DNA of 49,284 nucleotides from positions 1-49,284 of the forward strand of contig CAZUQT010000004.1 of assembly GCA_964622585.1 (NCBI GenBank), given 5' to 3'. Made by a program: the position numbers and the translations under genes. The notes below the pieces were generated by a model that was not told where the DNA came from, did not search any database, and was given only the letters and a program-made list of their open reading frames with translations. Source of the stretch: an uncultured Elusimicrobiaceae bacterium (GTDB taxonomy: Bacteria; Elusimicrobiota; Elusimicrobia; Elusimicrobiales; UBA9959). Below are positions 37,944 through 44,755 of this stretch, piece by piece (position 1 is the first letter of the stretch; each line of letters begins with the position of its first letter).

Positions 37944-38708
37944 TTACCTATAGGTAAAAATCTTCGTAATATATTTCGGTTCGTCGCCAGTCTCGTTCAG
38001 GTTATCTGTTTCAATTCCAATGAGAGTTTCTTTGCCGTTTTTAATGATATCCTTGTAATCCGCCGCCTGCTCGGCGGCCTTGCGCGCCGAATGCGACTTA
38101 AACACATAAATGCCCAAACGCTTCCCTATATAGAAGACTGCCCCAGCTCCCCTCCGGATAGCTACTCTCACCCCGGCTTTTTCCAGTAGAGACCGCCCTA
38201 TCCTTACTTCCGGGTCAGGGAATTTAAAGTACCGCAGGTGTATCTCATGGTCCGGCATGTCGTCCCGCGCCGTGAGGTAAAAGATTACGCCGGCAGGTCC
38301 TTCCGGCGTACCGGAGCCCGCCGCTACAGCAAAACCACCCGCAACTCGCATCCCGGACTCCTCAAGGGCCGAGCACAACCTCTTTACGTTTTCAACATGG
38401 TCGCCGGGCAGGACATCCTCGTCAAAGGTGAAACTTCTTACGTCAAGGTTGTCCGGAGAATCGTATTTAATTGAAGCAAGCCCTGCAAGGTAGCCGGGCC
38501 GTATGTTGACCCGGCCCGCCCTTTTCAGCATCGGCAACAGCAAGGATTTGAACTCCCCGTAAAGATCCTCGCTTCCCACCCTAGCGAAAACTGTCTGTTG
38601 CTCAGCCTCCCCCACAAGGCGCCTCTCCTTCAATACGCCGGTAGTATAACAATCCACCCTCACAAGGAGAAGCCTGGAAAGAATTAATGCCAGCACTAGT
38701 GTCTTCAT
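37944..38708 (-). CDS. Hypothetical protein with a probable signal peptide
   Basis: 254-aa ORF starting MKTLVLALILS; no family recognised. Confidence 0.6.
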   Translation of the reverse strand: MKTLVLALILSRLLLVRVDCYTTGVLKERRLVGEAEQQTVFARVGSEDLYGEFKSLLLPMLKRAGRVNIRPGYLAGLASIKYDSPDNLDVRSFTFDEDVLPGDHVENVKRLCSALEESGMRVAGGFAVAAGSGTPEGPAGVIFYLTARDDMPDHEIHLRYFKFPDPEVRIGRSLLEKAGVRVAIRRGAGAVFYIGKRLGIYVFKSHSARKAAEQAADYKDIIKNGKETLIGIETDNLNETGDEPKYITKIFTYR

Positions 38709-39106
38709 GGGGTAAAAAATCTAACAGGCAAGATAATGCGACTTCTATCGATTCAAGGACCTCTTTCAGCAACTGAGCCTTTAAGGTGTCCATAACATAA
38801 GAGGAGCCCGCTTGTTGCCAGGCGAAATTGTAAATTGGCCAGCGCTGCAGATGCTCGGAGCACGGGGCCTAAGCCCCGAGTCCTGGGGGTTTGGGTTAGG
38901 GGCGCACCATACAGCGCTGGAGATCTGTCCTTAAATAACTAACAGCATGTCGTTTTTACTGCAACCGTGACCGCAGTTGTCGTATATCACACTCCTGTCG
39001 CAGGTCGCCCGGGTCCATGTAACTGACCAGGCGTGAAAAACCATCAGCTCAAGCCTATCCGAAAAAAACGGTGTAATACATCAGGCACCCGGCAGATGTT
39101 AAAAAT

Positions 39107-39157
39107 AGTATATCGGACATTCGAGCCGAATGGCCACTAAATTTATCTTTAAGGTTT
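39107..39157 (-). promoter_or_regulatory. Promoter motif C, divergent (minus-strand) copy
   Basis: Minus strand reads ACCTTAAAGATAAATTTAGTGG-N21-TATACT. 39134-39155 is the exact reverse complement of 39277-39298. Confidence 0.7.
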
Positions 39158-39271
39158 CTTAGTTTTACGCATGGGAGACTATTCGGCTATTCAGTAAATT
39201 AAAAACCCCTTATCGTAAGTCAGAAGGCTAGCAAGCAATCTGACTGTATAGCTATTGTGAATTCTCCGGGA

Positions 39272-39328
39272 GTAAGACCTTAAAGATAAATTTAGTGGTT
39301 TACAGAGTGGCTAATCCGTTACAATACT
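39272..39328 (+). promoter_or_regulatory. Promoter motif C, copy upstream of the 39442 regulator
   Basis: GATAAATTTAGTGG-N21-TACAAT. Confidence 0.7.
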
Positions 39329-39441
39329 GATGAATGCTCGCCCGGCTCTCCGGGCAAATGGTTAGCGGGCTGTTTTTTTAGTTTGGTTGTGTGCTTTGAT
39401 CGTCTGAATTTATACTAATTGCGGGGTTTGAGTGATTCCGT

Positions 39442-40068
39442 ATGGATAAAAGCAATAGTGATGGGCTGAAACCCAGAGGAGGGTTCATTGTCCTCTGTTG
39501 TGTATGTGATAAGACCCGTAATGCTGCCGGTAAGTGGGTTGCACAGAAGTCTTTCCCTGCCCAAAATAGCGGGGTTGTTTATTCACACGGGTTATGCCCG
39601 GATTGCGCGCTGAGCACGTACGGCAATGAGTTATGGTATAAACAATACGAGAAGGATACTTCGGGGAAGTCATTACGCGGAAGCGGAGGCGGTACGGACG
39701 GCATAAAAAAAATGCTTATCATAGACGATAACAGCATGATCACGACCCTTTTAACTGCCGACTTTGAGGATGAATTTAAAGTAGCGACCGCGATGAGCGG
39801 GACGGAGGGATTGATCCTGGCGATTGGCTGGCGCCCTGAAGTGATACTGCTTGATATTAATATGCCGGACATGTCAGGGGTGGATGTTGTGCGTCGCCTG
39901 GAATTGCAGCGTGAAACAAAAAATATCCCGGTTATTGTCATTACGGCAAGCGAATATAATGACACAGCTCAACGGCAACTGCAGCCTTATGGTAATTTTA
40001 AAGGATTCTTCAGCAAAATGACGCCTACCGAAGAGATCAGGAAAACTGTTTGGCGGGTTCTTCGCTAA
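39442..40068 (+). CDS. Response regulator with an N-terminal CxxC...SHGLCPDC domain
   Basis: CCVCDKTR...YSHGLCPDC followed by REC (IIDDN, LLDINMP, SK). Confidence 0.82.
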   Translation: MDKSNSDGLKPRGGFIVLCCVCDKTRNAAGKWVAQKSFPAQNSGVVYSHGLCPDCALSTYGNELWYKQYEKDTSGKSLRGSGGGTDGIKKMLIIDDNSMITTLLTADFEDEFKVATAMSGTEGLILAIGWRPEVILLDINMPDMSGVDVVRRLELQRETKNIPVIVITASEYNDTAQRQLQPYGNFKGFFSKMTPTEEIRKTVWRVLR

Positions 40069-40213
40069 ACTGGCTGCCCCATTAAATACAACATCCGCTG
40101 ATAATGAAGATGCCGGGGATAAAGGGCCTATGAGCATATAGTCCAAAAGATATCCGCCTGCAGGTGCTTTCGGCTCATACTTCCCTGCCGCGTTTTTTGA
40201 TTGAATACTGTTA

Positions 40214-40876
40214 ATGAAAACCATTAATTCCGCGCTGACCGCGGCTTTACTCTTTTTAACTTCCGCCTCTTTCGCTTTCGACCTCCCCGGTTTGAATGAA
40301 AATTACAGCGGCTTTCTGCCGGCGGTGAACCCGCCTTTCCTTTACGGCGCCTCCGCGCCGCTCCTTGAGGCTTTGCAGGCCGAGGCCCTGGCCGACCCCG
40401 GCAAATTCATAGATTCGCATACCCCTGCCGAAGTGTCACTGGCTTTCGGGCTGCACGGCTACCGCTATCTCATCAGCCCCACCAAGGCCGAACTTGCGGC
40501 GGTCCGGATCAGGGTAAACCTGACCACCCAGCGCCTGACGATGGAGGGACCTGAATTAAAGAAGGTCTTCAAGATCTCCTCAGGCCTGGCCCCTAAGTAC
40601 GGCACTCCGGGCAGCGGCAAATGCTATGCCCCGGATTTTATAGAGGCGATGCACTATTCCAGCCTCTATAATAAAGCCCCGATGCCCAATTCAATTTTCT
40701 TTAACGGCAATATCGCCATACACGGCACCGAAGCCGAATGGCTGCTGGGCAAGCCGGCCTCGCACGGCTGCATCAGGCTGTCCAAGGCGGACGCCAAAAC
40801 CCTATATGAAGTGGTCAAGGCGAACGGAAAATCTAAGGCCAGCGTCTGCGTCGAAGGGAAAACTCCCGCAAATTAA
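40214..40876 (+). CDS. L,D-transpeptidase (YkuD family), secreted
   Basis: Signal peptide; IAIHGT...ASHGCIRL catalytic motif. Confidence 0.92.
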   Translation: MKTINSALTAALLFLTSASFAFDLPGLNENYSGFLPAVNPPFLYGASAPLLEALQAEALADPGKFIDSHTPAEVSLAFGLHGYRYLISPTKAELAAVRIRVNLTTQRLTMEGPELKKVFKISSGLAPKYGTPGSGKCYAPDFIEAMHYSSLYNKAPMPNSIFFNGNIAIHGTEAEWLLGKPASHGCIRLSKADAKTLYEVVKANGKSKASVCVEGKTPAN

Positions 40877-40884
40877 AGCGCTAT

Positions 40885-40926
40885 AAAATAAAAAAGCCCG
40901 CGTCTTTGCGCGGGCTTTTTTATTTT
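40885..40926. terminator. Bidirectional intrinsic terminator
   Basis: AAAATAAAAAAGCCCGCG-loop-CGCGGGCTTTTTTATTTT between convergent genes. Confidence 0.9.
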
Positions 40927-40934
40927 CAGGGCTC

Positions 40935-41186
40935 CTAGAACTTTTTCCAGAGCTTCTTGGCCAGTTCCTGCGACTTGGCCGCGACTTCCTCCTCGTCTAT
41001 GTCCAGTTTCAGCTTTGCCCTCCATCAGCACGCGGCCGGCCGCTATGGTGGTGTCCACGGCGCTCTGGCTGATGCCGAAGATCATGTGCCCGTAGAAGTT
41101 GGACGCGTCCATTGGCGTAGGGGGGACATAATCCATTATCGCCAGGTCGGCGGCGAAGCCTTCTTTCAACTCGCCCAAGCCTTTGA
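40935..41186 (-). pseudogene. ssnA: 3' fragment of ssnA with a 2-nt deletion frameshift
   Basis: GELKEGFAADLAIMDYVPPTPMDASNFYGH...GRVLMEGK matches the C-terminus of 43427-44752 (252 vs 254 nt). Confidence 0.9.
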
Positions 41187-41306
41187 TAACGATGCTTTAG
41201 ACTAAAACACACGGGTCAGGTACCGGCAATTTCCCCTCATTGCCGTTTTTATAGCGGTTTTTGCTGCATATAATGTTCTTGTGCGCCAGCCGGGATAGTC
41301 CGGGTT

Positions 41307-41355
41307 AATCTTGATAAAAACTTTAGTGGCCAATGGGCGGAACGTGCTATACAAT
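41307..41355 (+). promoter_or_regulatory. Promoter motif C, diverged copy upstream of the OmpR regulator
   Basis: AATCTTGATAAAAACTTTAGTGG-N20-TACAAT. Confidence 0.55.
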
Positions 41356-41413
41356 ATATTGCAGCATATGTGCCGGCTTACTGCGTTTTCGCTGTCTATG
41401 AAATTCAGCGTTT

Positions 41414-42136
41414 ATGACCCAGAAATCACTTATTCTCCTTGTTGAAGACGAGCCCGCTGCAAGCGCGGCGTTGAGCGCGGTTCTTGCCGCGGAGGGTTAT
41501 GCCGTCAAGTGCGCATTTTCCAATTCGGAGGCTCTGGAGGCTTTGAAAAAGGGGCCTAAACCAGATCTAATTCTTTTGGACAGGGGGCTGCCCGATGGCG
41601 ACGGGCTTCAATTTTGCCTGCTGATCAGGGACTCCCCCCGGTTTTACGATGTTTCGGTTCTTTTCCTTACCGCAAGAGGGAAGGAGGAGGAGAGGGTGAT
41701 GGGTTTAAGGTTCGGAGGGGACGATTATCTTGTAAAGCCGTTTTCCATGGAGGAGCTTAAAGCGCGCGTCGGAGCGCTGCTCCGCCGGACAAACGGGCAT
41801 AAGCCGGCCGGGCAGTTGGCGCTCTCATACGCGGGGATAACCATGGATTTGCGGGACAAAACCGTGAGTTTTCGGGATAAAAAGATCCCGCTCAGGCCTT
41901 TGGAATACGAACTATTGAAGGTTTTTATGGAAAGGCGAGGGAAGGTTCTTTCAAGGGGTTTGCTTCTTGAGGGGGTCTGGGGGACCGGTCCTTTACCCGG
42001 CTCACGCGGGGCTTTAGATATGAGCCTCTCGCGCCTCCGGAGAAAACTCGGTCCCTGCCGCGGAGTGCGGATAGCCACGCTGAGAGCCCGCGGGTACGTC
42101 CTGGAAGAGTCCCATGAAAAACATCCGGCGGGTTAG
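41414..42136 (+). CDS. OmpR/PhoB-family response regulator
   Basis: LVEDE, LLDRGLPDGDG, FLTA, DDYLVKPF and wHTH SRLRRKLG...RGY. Confidence 0.93.
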   Translation: MTQKSLILLVEDEPAASAALSAVLAAEGYAVKCAFSNSEALEALKKGPKPDLILLDRGLPDGDGLQFCLLIRDSPRFYDVSVLFLTARGKEEERVMGLRFGGDDYLVKPFSMEELKARVGALLRRTNGHKPAGQLALSYAGITMDLRDKTVSFRDKKIPLRPLEYELLKVFMERRGKVLSRGLLLEGVWGTGPLPGSRGALDMSLSRLRRKLGPCRGVRIATLRARGYVLEESHEKHPAG

Positions 42137-42185
42137 ATAGCGGTTAGATACCCTTCGGGATTTACCGCGGCGTGTGCCTTATACT
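42124..42185 (+). promoter_or_regulatory. Promoter cassette A, copy 3 (diverged), overlapping the regulator stop codon
   Basis: GGTTAG at 42131 and 42142, ACCCTTCGGGA, TATACT at 42180; same 32-nt spacing as copies 1 and 2. Confidence 0.7.
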
Positions 42186-42358
42186 ATAAGCAGAACGAGA
42201 CGGTCTAACAAAGAGCCTCGGGACCAAGGACACTTAAGAATGTGCCGCTGAAGCGCTAAGTTATAAATACCGAATGATGTGGTAATGGTCGGTAAAAGAA
42301 TTTATCAGATAAAGAGTCAGGCGCTTCTTGAAGGTAAAGAGCGCATCTGGGAGGCATT

Positions 42359-43117
42359 ATGAGGACTAAGCTTAACCTGCTGATTGCGGCTATGATTGCT
42401 GCGGCGGGAGTATTTTACGTCAATAACATGCGCGACGCGGCCCCGGCTGTTCCAGGCGACCTACGCGACGCGGTGGCGGACGGCTCGGTGGTACAGCTTA
42501 TGGACAGTGGGGATTTTAGCGACATAAACGTACCGGAACCGAAAGCCGCGGAGGCCTCGTGTGTCTCAGAATCTGGAGTACCCTTGCCAATAGCCGAAAC
42601 CGGCGCTTCACTATCTCCAGAAGTTGTGGTTAGCAGGTTCCAACAGTCTGAAAAGGATTTAAAGGCATTGGAAAAAGCCGTCCCTTTATGGGTTTCCAAG
42701 CTTCAACTCTTACAGCTCAATGCCGCAACGACGCTTTTGGGCAACTCTCTCCCTCCCGATTTCGGCTATTGGCTAAGTGGTCTGGCCCTCAATACCGCCC
42801 AATGGGCCGACTATTTGCGTGAGGAGCTTTCTCCCGGTGTAGAATCTCTTTTGGACTGTGCGCAAAGATCAAAAACTCTGGATTCGTCCGCAAACCAGAT
42901 GAGTATAGCGGCTAAAAACATAAGGAGCCGTCTCCAGACCGCGATGCATGTTTCCAGTGCGATGCAGGCGAATCTTTCCGGTTCGGGTTTTCAATACCCC
43001 ATTGCTGTGCGTGTTACCGCAAATATCGCTGAACTGCAACGTTACATGAACACAATAGATAGAAATGTCGAAGCGCTGCAAAAAATAACTGGTACCACAA
43101 GTGGAAACAAACACTAA
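42359..43117 (+). CDS. Secreted protein with MRTK/DLRDAVAD leader and a helical C-terminal domain
   Basis: GGAGG RBS; MRTKLNLLIAAMIAAAGVFY...PGDLRDAVADGS. Confidence 0.75.
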   Translation: MRTKLNLLIAAMIAAAGVFYVNNMRDAAPAVPGDLRDAVADGSVVQLMDSGDFSDINVPEPKAAEASCVSESGVPLPIAETGASLSPEVVVSRFQQSEKDLKALEKAVPLWVSKLQLLQLNAATTLLGNSLPPDFGYWLSGLALNTAQWADYLREELSPGVESLLDCAQRSKTLDSSANQMSIAAKNIRSRLQTAMHVSSAMQANLSGSGFQYPIAVRVTANIAELQRYMNTIDRNVEALQKITGTTSGNKH

Positions 43118-43243
43118 GTCCGCATATAACCGAGATGCACCAGAGCCTCTTTTTTAAGAATACACGCGAATGTCGAGCTGGGTATCGCCCGCTGTGCAGA
43201 CTGCGGAAAAGAGCGAATTAAGTTGTGTGTCACTTTCCCCAAC

Positions 43244-43363
43244 GCTTCGCACGGCTGCATAAGGCTGTCCAAAGCGGATTCAAAGACGCTTTATGACGTG
43301 GTCAAGGCGAACGGCAAGGCCAATACGAGCGTCTGCGTGGAAGGGAAAACTCCCGTAAACTAA
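43244..43363 (+). pseudogene. 3' fragment of an L,D-transpeptidase allele
   Basis: ASHGCIRLSKADSKTLYDVVKANGKANTSVCVEGKTPVN*, 33/39 aa identical to the end of 40214-40876. Confidence 0.9.
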
Positions 43364-43373
43364 AGTTGCCCGC

Positions 43374-43414
43374 CAAATGAAAAGCCCGCGCCTGTTGCGC
43401 GGGCTTTTCATTTG
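43374..43414. terminator. Bidirectional intrinsic terminator
   Basis: CAAATGAAAAGCCCGCGC-loop-GCGCGGGCTTTTCATTTG. Confidence 0.9.
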
Positions 43415-43426
43415 CTGCGGAAGAGG

Positions 43427-44752
43427 CTAGAACTTTTTCCAGAGCTTCGCGGCCAGCTCCAGCGATTTGGCGGAGACTTCTTCCTCGTCAATATCCAGCT
43501 TAAGCTTCTTGCCTTCCATCAGCACCCGGCCGGCGGCGATGGTGGTGTCCACCGTACTCTGGCTGATGCCGAAGGTTAGGTGGCCGGCGAAGTTGGAGGC
43601 GTCCATCGGCGTGGGGGGAAGATAATCTATTATCGCGAGATCGGCGGCGAAGCCTTCCCTGAGCTCGCCCAGCCCTTTGAAGGAGCGGTTGGCTATTTTG
43701 GCGTTATTAATGAGCAGCGCATTGGCCGCTTCCATAAAGCCCTGCGACGGGTCCCGCTTCAAATGCTGCAGCCAGAGGGCCGCGCGCAGCTCTTCCATCA
43801 TGTTCACGGTCATCGCGTCGGTACCGAGCCCGACCAGTATCCCTTTGGCGGTCATTGCGGTGATGTCGGCGATCCCGACGGCGTTATTAGCGTTGGATTG
43901 GGGATTGTGCACTACGGCGGTGCCTGTTTCCTTCAGGGCTTCCATCTCGGCTTCGTTTATGTGCACGCAGTGCGCCGCTATGGACTTGCGCCCGAGGATG
44001 CCGAAGTCCCGGAGGCGCTCTACCACGCGCAGCTTATGGTGCGATTCGCACTGGAGCTGGTCCGCCTGGGACTCCGCGGTGTGGATGTGGAAGCCGGCGC
44101 CGAGCTTGTGGCCGCGGTAGGCCGCCTCTTCGAGGGTCTCGTCCGAGATAGTGAAGGAGGCGTGCAGGCCGAACAGGCCCGCTATGGTATTGTCGTCCTT
44201 TTCCTGGGCGGCGGCTATGAAGGCCGCGTTCTCCTCTATGCCCTGTTTCGCTTTTTCCTTTCCGTCGCGGTCGGAGACCTCGTAGCAGAGCGAAGCGCGC
44301 AGGCCGGTCTCCCGCACGGCTTTTTCCACCGCGGCCAGCGAGCCGGTGATGGCGAAAGGGCTGGCATGGTGGTCGATGATCGTGGTGGTTCCTTTGCGGA
44401 CCGCGTTTATAAGCGGTATCACTGCGCTGTAATAAGAATCGGCGTTGGTCAGCTGCTTGTCCAGCTTCCACCAGAGGTTGTTGAGTATCTCGACGAAGTT
44501 CCTGGACGGGGCCGCCTTGCCCAGCCCGCGGGCGAAGGTGCTGTAGAAATGCATATGGGCGTTTATGAAGCCGGGCATTACAAGCTTGCCGGAGGCGTCT
44601 ATCACTTTAGCGTACTTGCCCTTGAAGTTCTTTTGCGGGGCTATCTTTTTGATCAGCCCGTCCTCTATCAGGAGGGCGTGGCCGGCCAGGACCTTGTTCT
44701 TTTCGCCGAGCGTGGCGATGGTTCCGTTCTTTATCAGGATGGTCTTTTTCAT
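43427..44752 (-). CDS. ssnA: Putative aminohydrolase SsnA (amidohydrolase superfamily)
   Basis: PGFINAHMHFYSTFARG, GTTTIIDHHASP, GLHASFT, HIHTAE, HNPQSN and LGTD. Confidence 0.88.
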   Translation of the reverse strand: MKKTILIKNGTIATLGEKNKVLAGHALLIEDGLIKKIAPQKNFKGKYAKVIDASGKLVMPGFINAHMHFYSTFARGLGKAAPSRNFVEILNNLWWKLDKQLTNADSYYSAVIPLINAVRKGTTTIIDHHASPFAITGSLAAVEKAVRETGLRASLCYEVSDRDGKEKAKQGIEENAAFIAAAQEKDDNTIAGLFGLHASFTISDETLEEAAYRGHKLGAGFHIHTAESQADQLQCESHHKLRVVERLRDFGILGRKSIAAHCVHINEAEMEALKETGTAVVHNPQSNANNAVGIADITAMTAKGILVGLGTDAMTVNMMEELRAALWLQHLKRDPSQGFMEAANALLINNAKIANRSFKGLGELREGFAADLAIIDYLPPTPMDASNFAGHLTFGISQSTVDTTIAAGRVLMEGKKLKLDIDEEEVSAKSLELAAKLWKKF

Positions 44753-44755
44753 TTA

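Larger units (their letters stand above)
40757..41186. repeat. Diverged direct repeat, left copy (LDT 3' end, terminator, ssnA 3' end)
   Basis: Collinear with 43244-43680. Confidence 0.9.
43244..43680. repeat. Diverged direct repeat, right copy
   Basis: Collinear with 40757-41186. Confidence 0.9.
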
